Source: Podarcis melisellensis
Taxonomy: Eukaryota
Direction: 5' to 3' (one strand)
Assembly (NCBI GenBank): GCA_964234715.1
Contig: OZ174277.1
DNA length: 64,000 bases
Shown: positions 36,901 through 50,900 of the stretch, in pieces
How positions within the stretch are numbered: position 1 is the first letter of the stretch
Layout of the letters: each line of letters starts with the position of its first letter
Notes under the pieces: generated by a model
Told to the model about the DNA's origin: nothing
What the model saw: the letters and a program-made list of their open reading frames with translations, nothing else
Databases searched by the model: none
Position numbers and translations under genes: made by a program

Positions 36901-39900
36901 TCAGCCAAATGACCCCTAGATATTTTGGACTACAAATGCCATCAGCATGGCCAATGGTCTGAGATGATGGGAGATTTAATTTAAAACTTGTGGATGACAT
37001 TAGGTTGGGGAAGGCTGTCCTGGAGTCTGGACGTTAAAAAATTCCATCAAGCACCCAGCCACAACCTTCACCTATCTGTTAAAAAATCTGTTTAGAATCT
37101 TGGTCTTTTGAATATACATCTGCCATACTGAAGGCATGTAAAACACTGGCTGTTCCCAAGGTTCATTGCTGAGGAAGGCACTTTTATGTGCATCTGGCCT
37201 CTCTTCTGCACAGTAATTTTATGCTGTTGACAACAAATAGAAGCCAAATGCATGGTATCGAACCATGGAGTGTGCCAGGATGAGTGGGATCAAAAAAACA
37301 CTGTTTCAATGTGCAGTGCTGCCAAAAATAGGCGTGTTTGCATATGTAATTCTTTGTATGCTGGGGTGGGGGCAAGAGTTATTATAAATTAAATCTGTTT
37401 CTAGACAGAAGAGGGTCCTCTTAATAGCTAAAGATAATCTTTTTGCAGCAGATTTTCCTTACTAAATAAAATTTTAAATAAGAGATTAAAGGATAATGCC
37501 ACTGCATTAAAAACCAACCAACACCGTTTAATGTCTAGATGCACCCTTCAGCTCCATTGGCACCAATGAAATACAGTTTTCAGTTAAGTCAGGTTCCACT
37601 GCTTTTAGTGGGAGCAAGGCATGACTCATTATGGCTGGATTCTGGACCGATGAAAATAAGAACCTATTTTGGCCCAAAATGCAACAACACATTCTCAATC
37701 CTATGAAATACTTTCATGTTAGAAGATGACATATATAAAAATATATCTGCTAATAGTATTAATAAAAATAGTATCACTGTTCTCAGCAGAAACAGCAGGA
37801 TACACCAGAAATAAAGCATAGAAGTCAAAGGTGGTAAAAATTGAGAAGACACCATGATATGGAGTAACTGATTAAAAGCCCTCCTATCACATCATTCTTT
37901 CCCCTTTTCAGAACTTACCTATACAATAAGGACAACACTGTCCCTTTCTCAAAACAGGTCTGTCACAAGATACTGGAGGGCAAGACTCAGAATAGCAGCT
38001 GATTTCACCATCCATACAAATGCAACTGGTACAAACATTGGGCTTCCAGGATTCAGCAGTCAGGAAAATATCACCATCATCGTTTTTGCAGTAGCTGGGC
38101 ATGCTCTCGTTGCTTGACAAGGAAGGCTGAACCGGCTCATCTAAAAATATAAGCATGCAAATAAGCAATCAAGACTTGCAAGGCCCTGCCTATCCAAACC
38201 AGTGGAAGGAGTCATCCTGTTAAATGAATGTCCTCCAGTCCACTCAGGCAAAATCTAGGAAATGACTTTGGTGAGCAATTTAGTTCTCAACAGTTGCTCT
38301 CCTATCTTTCATAGTGTAATTTTTATTTAAAGGCTTATCTGCACAGTTTTTTGTGATACAAAGTACATACAAGCCATGAAAGATTTCTGAATTTTGGCAA
38401 CTTTACCTATCACACAGTTCCCTCATTCTTATATCACTATAGACTTGCATTTGGAGAAAAAGAGGTACAACTTTGAGATAGCATTATGAGAAAGTACAGC
38501 TAGCTGTTAATTTAGTCATGCCCGTCAGGAAGTTGATCCACACATACCTTCCCTGAATACAAAGGCTGCACTACTTCTGGGGCATAATCAACATAGCTTA
38601 ATCAACAGTAGTGGGTCTCACAAAGTTAAAGGAGCAACTTGGCAAGTACAGAAAATTTACCTGTAATTTTATCTGTATTTAAAGTTAAAATTAAATTAAA
38701 ATTAAAACTTTTCTTTTTAAAAAAAGAGGACTTAAGTCTGAAGTGAATTTTTGCTGGATTAAGTTTACAACTTTTTCAGGAAAACACATTTTAATACCCG
38801 TTTTGATGAGAGAGTTATAAATAGTGAGTTGTATCCAATGAAGCTTTCCTGTTCATGCAAGGACTTGTGCTTGCACAACTGAACAACCCATAGTAAAAGT
38901 TCTGCATCATAGTAAATGAATATCTAATTAAGCCAATAACTTTTCAGTAATTCTTGTTAAAAACGTATTGATTTATGACTGAATATCTGCATGCTGGCTC
39001 TCATACTTCCTGTTAGCCACAGGTTATGCTATCTGTATCAGAGCTTTCAGCCCTACTAAACACTCTTCTAGCTTCACAGACTTTTGTTCAATAATTGTCA
39101 GTTTAGCTTACTTCTTGCACACTTTAACAGGGATTAAGTATTATATTTCAGAACAGCGTCCTGCATAGAGAGAACAAACAACTGGGAAGTGTATGCTGAA
39201 ACCTGGAAAGTAATGCTAACCTGGGCACTGAGGACAACATGAGTCCTGAGTACGGGAGGGGTTCCGACAAAGAAGAGGTGGGCAGACTTCCGTGTCACAT
39301 AAAACTCGTGCATTATGACATGTGCACTGTGTACAAGTATCAATATTCCACGTATCTCCTTCCAAAAAATACTCTCCTCCTGGAACATAGCAGATGGTTG
39401 GACCACTGAGTTCCGGCTTCTGCACAAGGGATTCATCTGAGGGGGGAAAAGAACCCCAAAACAAAGTAACAGACAATTAGACTCTGCGGAATTCAAGCAA
39501 CACATTAAGTTTTGCAACAATAGATTTATGAACCTGTTTATGCATAGATAACATGTAAAAAAAAATATAGTACAACATTATTATGTTAAAAACCCAGTTT
39601 CCTGTATTTCATCAGCAGTGCGATTGAGTAACACTATTTTTCCGCATGCTATCTCATATGTGCCAGAGCCAAGGAAATGTAAACTAACTACAAATCACCA
39701 GTAATGAATATTCCATATAAATAAATGTAAAACGAGGCACAGAATGTTACCATGGCTACCAGTCTCACAACAACTTTAGAATACCAATAACATAGCTGTC
39801 CTTGGTCCTTTTTCCTTACACAACTGACCTTCGAAGTTTGAGAGAATTATTAGCAATATGTCAAGATCATAACAGTAAATGACTATTAAGAAAATGTGTT

Positions 39901-41892
39901 TTTTAGATCATGTTTCTGGACAAATGCTCATCCAAAGTAGCTTAGGGGCAAAACAAAAGATCAAACCAGGGCTAAATTTAAAACCTACAAATCAATCCTT
40001 GACATAAAAATCGACTGAGCTTCCTCACACCATCTCCCCCTTTCCCTGGGTCAAGCGTTTCAATACTGTACTGCACAAGACTTTTATATGCAAGGAGGGT
40101 AATAGTAGATTCCTTCCTTACTTCTGATTTCTGAGTCAGGTCACACGGAATAACCATGTTTCCTAGAAAGCCTAACCCTCTCATCTTCAGTGATCTACTT
40201 TTGTCCATAATTTTTCATGCTACCTTTTTCCTTTCACTATAAAACCACAGTGAGCAGCAACTAGACTCTTCCATGCTACTTATAACCTTGAAACAGAGCA
40301 CAGAAACCTTGCTAAACCCAACACTTTAAAATTGTCCCCCATAATGCTTAATGTGCTTTTGACACACCTGATAGCTGCTTGCAAAGTATATATCTGAAAA
40401 TGAACACAGCATGAAAATGAAATATACAGATTAGTATTCAAACCCTGACCTAAATTCTGGGCTTGAATACAAATTTGTATTCCAGTGCTCCAATGGTCAA
40501 GTATAATGAGAGTTGCAGTTAGCCATCACTGCTTTAGGCACAGGCTAACACATACACACAGTGATTCAGATTCTGTTATGATTCAAGAAAAAGCAATAGT
40601 TTGTAGTGATGTTTGGGTTAGTTTCCTTGCCACATCAGGGTGAACTCTGTGCATAGAGTATGAAATAGGTGAACATATGCAGTAAGAAAAAATACTAACT
40701 CAACTAATAAATTGGATTCAAAAGTCACTGACAGGTTGGCAGCAACTGGGACAGAATTTGAGAAATATTATGCTGTCTGCCTCACAGTAAGTGCATCTAA
40801 AATTTAGAGAATTCTACTCCCCTCCCCCTTTATTGGAAATAAAAACTGCTAAATGATGAAGTACACCTCCTTCCTTCTGCTCTCAAGACTTTATTTGTCT
40901 GCATTAAATTAAAATGCTAACAGCACTCAGAAAAAATACTAGGCAATATATTTTATGGCTAAAACTGAACATTTGTGATATATAAACTTAGTGTCAATTG
41001 TTAACTTACAATGTTCAGGGCAGAATTATGTGGAGACAAAATACTTTGTCTTTACTGTTCAATTTTCCTCCAAAAGGAGAAAAAGAGATGCAGATAGAAA
41101 GCAAGGTGTGCTTTATAGCCCAATAGGGAACACAAAATGGTACCTGGACATGATGGGCAACATTGCCCTGGATGTATGGTGGGATTGCCACAGTTTGGTA
41201 CAGAGCAGGTGATCAAAGCACACATCTCCCGTCCATTATGACAGTAGCATTCGCGGCAGCCATCATGCCAACTTTCTTCATTTTCGTGACGGTGCCCATC
41301 CACTGACAAGCAAGAACCTGCCTTCGCTGGTGGCATTACAGAAGCTGGTATCTCTGTATGAGTTTGTTTTTTTTTTAAAAAACAACCAGTGCATTAACAG
41401 GATGGTAATAACAACCAACAGCTAAATCTTCTCTTGTATTTGTTGTAGCAACTTAGTAAAATGTTCAGACTGAGAGGCTATGTATAGCATAGATTTCTAA
41501 TACGCTTCCAACAGCAGAATGCTGAAGGGCAAACATACAGAACATTTAATAGTTAATGGGAACAAACTCAAAGAACTAGAAAGAGATCAGTAGGTTTATT
41601 TTTTCAAAAGTTGATAACAGAAGAATATTCAAACACTGCATTCATGAAGTAGTATTCTCCTGTATGTATCCACAAAAGGTGGCTCTGTGAAGGACAATAC
41701 TATCTTTCAGAATGCATGGGAGAGCGATCTAACTGAAGATTGTGAACTTTTCCCAACTATTTTGGGTATTGAAGTCTGGAGAACAGTTACTCATTGCCTC
41801 CTCTCCTTCTGTTTAACATCTACCTAGCCAACAGCCGCCCAGAGTGGCTGGGGAAACCCAGCCAGATGGGTGGGGTATAAATAAATAAATAA

Positions 41893-41953
<61 letters not shown>

Positions 41954-44900
41954 TGCTAGGTATTAAAGGGCTGTAGGGTTGTACAGATCTGTTTTATACC
42001 ACTGTTTCTTACTGAGAACTTGTATCTTACACTAAGGACCAATATCCTGGTCCTGATCCTTTCCTTGAGTGATGCTCACATCACAAGGGCTTCCGTGGTC
42101 AGTTCAAGAGAAATGAAGATCCATGTGTCCATTCCTCTGAATGCCAATTAGAATTATCCAGCGAAACACATGCACCTAAGAGCCCTATGTCTACATAGAT
42201 GCTCTGGATAAGGGTGCATAATGAATCCACTACAAATAATTGGCCATTTTTCAAATAATTGACATCTATAATGTACAGTGATCTTTTAACTGTAGGTATA
42301 AAAAACTTTTAAGAATATGATACTATACAGTACAGGGTTTTTTATAGATTGAATAAAATAAGCAATAATTGAATCTGCTTGTTCAAGTTTTTCATTTTCA
42401 AATTCCTATTAATTAATTAATTAATTACTACCATCATTATTATTGTTATTATAGTTGGGGTTAGATGGGACTCACTTTCAAGACACATTACATTTTCCTT
42501 AATATCAAAATGGGTTGGAAAAAAAACAGCTCTGAAGGAATTGAGTCTACCTGTACATTTGCAGACAAGGCATCCTTGATTGTTTTGCTGGTAGCCCATT
42601 GGACAAATCTTACCACATGAAAGTTCTGGGCATTTTTTACAGCGGCAAATTTCACATCCATGTTTGTTCTTCCTACACGATTTAAAAAGATATATATTTT
42701 GATTAGTTATACTTTAAAAAGCAGCCTACCCATTTGTAATTACTACATTTCCCCCCCTGAAATGGCAAATGTTGAAAGTTATTTAATTATAATTCTGTTC
42801 TCAAAGGGAGTGAAACAAAAAGAAAAAAAAACCTTGTAGAAGAAATTTAAGCCTTTTGTTTGTATTGTGAGATGGCTTGCAGCAAGGTCCTGTTTATAAC
42901 ATCACTTAGGAACAACTGTTTTGGTGTGCATATAAAAACACCTACAAATTACAGAACATTATGAACTCTTCTCCATCTCATAGGCAAAGAAACAGAACAA
43001 AACTAGACAACAATTGTTTTTGATTACTTGCAATCTTTTATAACCTTTAAAGAAAACAGCAGCTTCCCCCACCTCAGGACTGAAACTATGGTGGTGGTAA
43101 CCCTTCTCCTATAGAGCAGGAGTGTGGAACACTTTTGACCTGGTGGGCAGTGGCGTAGCGTGGGGGGGGGGGTGCAGGGGGCCCGGCCGCACCGGGCACA
43201 ACATCTGGGGGTTAGGGTTAGGGGGTGCAAATCCACGGGTTAGGGGGTGCAAATTACTTGCCTTGCCCCGGGTGCTGACAACCCACGCTACGCCACTGCT
43301 GTTGGGTCAGATTTCCTGCAACCGCTGGCCAAACATGATGTCACAGAGACATCAGGTGACTGATAGGTGGTGGCTCCCACCCACGTGGGGGAAAGGGTTG
43401 TGCTTCACCATTGCAGTGCCTGTCAGGAATGTGATGCTAAAGCAGCATCCAGCAGACCTGAACTGTCTGCTCACCAGACCTTTCTGCTCAATACAGGAAT
43501 CTCATTCCCCAGTGCATTCCCCAGGGAATATGCTGGCAAAATAACTCCCAGAACAGAACCCTCTGTTCTAGCTGATGAGTGATGGTTAAATTCTGCTGGC
43601 TGAAGGGGCTGGTTTCGCTAACACATTCCCCACAGGATAGGGTTGTCAGCTGATGGATAGGTGACCGTGGTTTGGGGGATATGGCTTCACAAGCTGCCGT
43701 AACCTGGACTTCCAGGTGGGTCAAGACTGTCCTGTGTGCCAGAAATTCTGTATTTCTGCTGTAGAGTTTTCACAACAAAAACTAACCGCCCCACCTCTAA
43801 AGGTGTTTTCTTTCTTTCTAGGGCAAAAAAGCACCTGTGTGGGATTTTAGCTGGGAAAATGACATCAAGAAAAGTTTATAGCTCCTTCCCCTGCAAACTC
43901 TGAGTAGACCTACTGAAATTAATGGACCTAAGTTAAGTCAAGCACATTAATTTTAATGGGTCTATGTTGAGTAAAACTTAAGGTGAATATCACCTTCTAC
44001 CTGCATTTGGGCTCATTGCAGCTTAAAAAAAAAGACTTGAGGAGGTACAAAATCCATGCATGCATGTGTAAAATTTACTTGGGCCCTAAGATTGTGATTT
44101 TAAAAACATTTACTATGGAGCTACACAAAGTGGGACATACTTTGGAGTATAAGGATTGCACTGTAAATTTTTAGAAGGATCTAATAGAAATCAGAAAAGA
44201 AAGATGCACATGAATACCAGAATCAACATTTTAGAAAGGTCTGGCATATCTATCTCGTAAGCTTACCTTAAAACCTTAAAAGAACCATTACCACTTAGGC
44301 CAACCTTGTGCTCAGAAACTCAATTGGCTGGACATCTGTGCGAACAGCTACAATTCCATATTTGAATTGACAACACTTACAAGTGTGTGCTGACACTAGC
44401 AGCAGCCACAGAAAATTATAGGTAACTTAAGACAGATATATCTTTTCCTATGTTATTTTTTTAATAGAGCTTGGCACAGCTACTCCTGTTCATAGAATTG
44501 TAGAGTTGGGAGGGACCCTGAGGACCATCTAGTCCCAATCCCCTTTAATGCAGGAATATGCAGCTACCCCATATGGGGATCAAAGCTGCAACCTTGGCAT
44601 CATTAGCACCACACTCTAACCAACTGAGCTATCCAGGCTATCTCAGAACAGAGAAAAAGTAATTCTTGTCTAAACTATTTCAGTAAGATTTTGGCTGTGG
44701 CCTTGTCTTATCTTCTTTCTGAGTTCAGAAGAAAAAACTAAGAAACTCATTTCATGTAGGAATATGCAAGATGCATCAGTCTTTATTCAAAATTTCAAGT
44801 GCAGAAATCATCTTATCCACCAGATGCGGCACCAGTACAGAGTCTGACCCAATGGTTAAATTTCACCAGCTTCTCTAAACACAAATGAAAAAGAGAACTA

Positions 44901-47900
44901 GAGCTGGGTCTCATCTATTTACTGATGACACAGCACTCCAAATCACTGGATGACCTCTCCCAGTGGTTTCACGTGGGAACAAGATGGGAACCATGTGGAA
45001 ACACCACAGACCAGCAGCGAAGCAACTAAAAGTAGTTCCACAGTAGTTCTTTTTGGTTTGTCCCTCTGGGAAGGACCAGGAGCCACTGCAGCAAAGTGCA
45101 TCCAAGTCCTATCCCAGCCAGGCAACCTGGAAACTTATAATGGTGATGGTAGTAAAAGCTGAAGAGAAGTCCAGCAGAACCAACAGCCTACCCCCCCCCC
45201 CCACGGCCAGTTCCTCATCAGTATATCAAACAAGGTGATAATGACTTCTCTCCATCCTGAAACTGAACTTGAGGCTGGACTGAATTAGATTTAGATAATT
45301 TCTAACATCCAGGGATCCCTTGAATTGAGCTGCGACCACATGCACCAAGCACCTTGCCTCAAAAAAGATTATGGGAGACTGTAAGTTGTCCAAAATGTTG
45401 TGACTTAGAAATAGTTTCTTCAACAAAGTTTTACAACAGCCTTGTTGTAGATTGTGGAGCTATATTCTCCATCATTCTAAGGAGGCACTGACCACTATCT
45501 TTATGTAATCGCCTTCGGTTGCCTTAAAGGCAAGGGCCAAGCACTCAGGTGCTTGGCATCACAGTTCCAAGAATCCTGCTTATCTGTTCAGGCAGTACAA
45601 ATTGTGATCACAAATTGATTGGAGTCACATTTTTCCTTAAGGATGAGATTAGGTAGCTTGTAAGTGCCCATCGAGGTCCCATCTTGGGGAGAGAGGATCT
45701 GGTCATAATAATCAATGACCCATCAAGGCTGGAATATTGTAAAATGGGATAAAGAATCTTTGTCAGTCACAGCATGATATTCCCTCATGGACAAACGTCC
45801 AGGGGCCATATGCCATGAGTGAGCATAGTCAAAACAGATGGACATACCCACCCCTAGGCTGATGGATGAGATAGAAGTGCTCAGGGGAGACCAAATATCA
45901 TTAAGAAGGGGTATTAGGGGTACTTTGCTAAGCAGAATTTGGCAGAAGTTTTTCTTTTGGCTGAATTCACACAAACTATTTCTTCTGATGGCGCTTCAGT
46001 AATGCTCCTCAAACAACTGTTCAGTAACCCACACATCAATTTCAGCTGACCACAGGAGGTAGAAGAGATAGTAAGAAAATACTTCTCAAGTTCTAATCTT
46101 CTCTTTTTATAGTATCATTTTTTGCCATTTCTAGGTAATCAAAAGCATTTGTAAATGTATATACATTCAAAGTTATCCATGTTGATATGTACTTCTGAGT
46201 CTATTACATACTCTGCATGCTACATGTTTTCCTATTATACATAGAACAATGTTAGTGGGCTTTACACAGTATTATTTGTTTATGGATTGTGATAAGTATG
46301 TTTTAAAAGGAAGAATACGTACAAGTATCCAAATGGACAGTACTTGTCACATACTATGGGTTTGCATTTCTTAGGTCGTGGGCGACACTGGCAGGTCTTA
46401 CAGTTGTGGACATCAGTCTGGAAGCCGAAGGCACAATCCAAGGAACAATCTGACATGAGGTCAGTACACAGCTCTTCTCCTGTGAAGAACACATGAAACT
46501 TAGCAAAAACCGCTAATACTTATTCGTATCAGAAATGCAGGCACATGAAGAATACTCTCCCCCCACCCCCGCAACACACCTCACAGCGTATGGTATCTTG
46601 GAATAGGTCATGGCAGCCTGACTGGAATCATGAGCAAGAACATTTCATTTTGATGCAGTTCACATTTGTGTAGACTACTAGTTAGGCAAATGTTTAAGAA
46701 AGCACAGGAGGGAGCCAACAGAACTAGTTGCAAAATGAATTTGCCTTTTCTGGAAGCAATAGATGAAGACAGTAGTTGTAGTCCAAAGACAACATTTAAT
46801 CATAACGGACCTCTCTATTCAGTTAAGAGTCCCCCCCAACCCCATATCTTCTCTCTACTGCAGCTTCCACACATAAATTGCAAACTGCAGTTTAAAAATC
46901 ATGCTGCCTCCTCAGAACTGGAATCTGTTGCAAAAGACCACCAAATAAAAGCTTTGGGTACATGGGTTTTCCCCTAAACTACATAGAAATGGCTTCCCTA
47001 GACTGCAAGTAGGGATCTTGCCTACATATACACCAATTAAACTAATTATGTTAATGGTTAAATCAGCAGGAGTTTCATGTAATGCATTCAGAATTAGGCA
47101 TCAGAGCCTTGCAATTCTGAAATGGCTATAGAATCCTCACACCAAAGAAGTCTCTCATTTACAGATTTTCAAACCACTTGCTGTTAAAATTTACATAAAA
47201 TCATCATATTTTTGTCTAGAATATATCCACAGGATTTGGAATAATACTAATAGGTGAGACCATTAGTACTTACCTGTGAAGTGTTATTTTTCATGCATAT
47301 CATGAAATCAGGTGGGATGTGAGCTCCACCAAGTGGTTGAAGGCAGAAATTGCTGCTCAATTTGAAGAGGCTTCTGGTGCTTTGTTGTACATACAGCCAA
47401 TTGTACGCAGATAAGCCATGTATACAAGAAGCAAACAGCAAACACAAAAAGGCAAACACGCAACAGTCCCTGCCTAGAGAAAACTAGAATGTGGGGAAAA
47501 CTGGCAAGTTTCAGAAATTTTAACAGAAGGAGTTAGGCAGCCAGTATAACCACAATAGGGTGATGTCCTGGTATCATGTTATATGTATGAAAAAGAACCT
47601 TCACAGGTAAGTACCAATGGTAACTTTTCTCTTGTGTATCATGACATCATGTGGGTCATACCCAAGCCGACCCATGTAGGGTTAGACATTAATAAAAGGC
47701 TGGCTACCTATTAGGGACAGCGTGTTGTAGGACACACTTCTCCAAAGCTGTCTCAGCTGCAGCAAAGAAGTCCACCTTATTTTATTTATTAGATATATAT
47801 ACCACCCTTCATCAAAAGATTTCCGGGCGGTTCACAATGTATAGTGCTTGATACATGCATTGGGGTTAGCCCAAGCGGCTGCAGTACGGTGCAGGAGCAT

Positions 47901-50900
47901 TTAAAGAGAATGCTGCCCCTCTTTCGGGGATCCTTAAGAGACCAGAGATGGCTGGAAGCGAATTCCAGCTGTAGAACTTTGCAGCACCCAGCAGCCCAAT
48001 GTTATGGACCACCACCTATCTCAGTACTTTAGAATATGACCTCCCACTGGTGGCAGGGTCGTGTCAGAACTGATTTTTTTTTTTTGTATTTGAACTGAGA
48101 GGAGGAAGAGAACATGCTCTGGAATTGCTGTTGCCCTCTAGTCAGAGTTGTTGCCTATCCCAGAAGGGGTGAGAGGACCAGACATATTTTCCTCTGAATG
48201 GACAAAAGGACTTAGGCAGTTGGTATGGGTGGTAGAACCAATGAAAAGGATAGCGATCTTCTATTTTCTTGGCCAAATGCATAGACTTCGTCTTGTCTTT
48301 AGACTATACCACGTCTGTGCAAATAAACAAGAAAAATGTTGAGGGAAAGGAAAAGTGGTAGGTGGCTAGACCAAGGGAGAAACAAGAACTCAGATTAACC
48401 ACCAAGGAGATGGACTTTACAGACCCAAAAGGTTGAACACACTCATACCTACTCCAGAAAATTAGAGACAAAAAAAGCTTCTTCAAATTGAACAGATATT
48501 CCTTCAACCACTAGGGGGAGCTCACATGATATGTACAAGCAAACAGATGCAAACAGTTTTGAGTGACTAATAATGTACTACTGAAAACTTTTACCTTACT
48601 TTTTAATAGTATCGTAAATAATACACAAGTATTTTACAGCTACTAAGGTTGCAATCCTAGGTCTACTATCTTGGAGCAAGTCCCACTGAATACAAGAGGT
48701 CTTACATTTGAGTAAACAGTATTGCACTGTAAGGCATAAAGAAGCGATCCACAATAAGGAAATGCGAGGCAAAGGCAACAGAAAAGGAAGTCAAGAGGTG
48801 AAAATGAATGGATAATAAAAATTGGATGTACCTGAGAATGGATGAAACAATGGATCAAACCATTATGCCAAAATAAAATACTGAGAAACTTTCTGAATAG
48901 GGTAGTAACTGCATAGTTCAAAAGGATTCTAAACGTCAATGTTGTTAATCTAATGCAGTAGAGTACAGTAAGGATACACTCTGATCTCCTGAATAGAAGA
49001 ACTAATTTTCTGAATGAGATCAGTGATAATTCAGCACCAGTCAGATGCCACTGAGTTAACAACCCTCTTTTTCCAGAGTATGGTAATCAGAGGTACAAGA
49101 CATCTGAAAATGAAAATGCCATTTTTAACTGTCATTATAGTCGTTGATTGATGATTTTTATAATCCTTTTTTTAAAGAAGATACATAAGCTTATGTCCAT
49201 CACCATATCTTATGGCAATGAATTCAATAAGGCCAATGATATATTGCATCAAAAATACGATAAGTATCTTGAAAAGTAAGCATAGTAACAGCATGTATGA
49301 TATATAATCCATTAATACAGATGTCACAAAGAAAACAGTGTGGCTTTTCCAAAGTACTATGCAACACCTGACATGCAAAACTTCCAACAACATTAATGGC
49401 AAATTATGTCCCAATAACATTAAAGTCAAATTAAGATCCTTCAGACCACTTCTTCCAAATACAGCTTATAACTATGTGTGGATATCTTGCAAGTTAGTAT
49501 AAATTCTCATATATTCATAATGCAGCATTATTACGCATTACAGCAGAGGCAAAATCTCCTTCCCAAATTGCTCTTGGTAATTTGGATGTGTGGTAATAAA
49601 AAATATTTTTACCAAATACATAATGTGGGATTAGCCATTTGTGCCTGCACACAGATTCTTCATACACAATGAAAATCCTGGACCACTTACTTCAAAGACT
49701 GTCTATTGAAGCTTGGGACCCAAGAGAAAGAGGAGGCTTCCTTCAACTCCACAGGCAGCTAGTGGCCTCCATTGCTTTTGGAAACCAAGAAAGTGATGGA
49801 AAAAAGTTTCACGTTCCACCTAGCCTGGAGGAAATGGAATGGGTCTTTTCAAGTGCTCAGGCAAGACAAGGAAAAGTCATTCAAAACTCAGCAATGAGAT
49901 TTAGGAATGTAAGAACAGTATCCTGTGTTTTTCGTTGGTTGCAACTGCACTGCCATATTCCTAGTAGATTTCTGGAGCACTTATATATATAAAAAATAAG
50001 TCAATGATCTGAGAGAAACATACTCAATTCTCCTCATGTTTTGGACAGCATCTGCTGAATCAAATAAGTTCTTGGTCAGAATTGTTTTCTCAAAATGGTG
50101 CTAGTTTTCAGACTTTGAGAAACATCTATGAGGTATCCCCTTCCTCTTTTTAGATGGGTATTTTTATTATAGAGGGCACTTTGTTAACTGACGTCTGATG
50201 CATTACATAGTTTTTGCCGGTTTTAAAACTACAGTGTTTTATATTTGCATAGTTTATTTTTACTGGGTTGGATCCAAAGAAAAGTCTACAGAAGGCGACT
50301 CCTAAAAATATATTATAATTTAGTATAATATAAGTCATAATTATAAATATTTAAAATAAATAAATAATTACTTTCCTGCCCCCTCCTTTCCCTGGCAACT
50401 CACTGAAAAGTCTGTTCAAAAGGCAGGGGCGGGGGCGCACTTCTGTGGCTGAAGAAGTGGGCCGCAGCATGGGAAGTTAAAGGGAATCCCCCAGATTGGG
50501 CAGAGGCAACTTCCACAAGTGAACCGCTCACACTATTCAGTAGGACCCTCCAACCTGCAGGAGCAGTTTTTCACAGGCTTGCCTGGGGGAGAAGAGGAAT
50601 GGTAAAACCAGCACCAGGCAGCCCCCTTCTGTGGGCTTTTCCGGATCTACCCCATTATATTTTATGCCAACTGCTTTAGGACTGCATAGCTTCTCCATTG
50701 CTTTAGGCCTGAATTGGATATTTCATCCTAGGCCAAAATGCCAGGTATAAATCAAGTAACTTATTTTTTCTATTTTGCCTCATTTTTTATTTGACTTTCT
50801 TCTGGTTAAATCCTTTTACCAAATTCTATCTCCCCTCCTTTCTTCTTGATCTTTCCTATTCTTTTTCAAAAGATGGCCAGGCAAAACAGTAAAGAAAGAG

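Noticed and set aside
44900-46060. Possible second DIRS-like gag/RT remnant (minus-strand RDPWMLEII)
   Set aside because: Too degraded to support from one short motif; needs a RepeatMasker or tBLASTx check.
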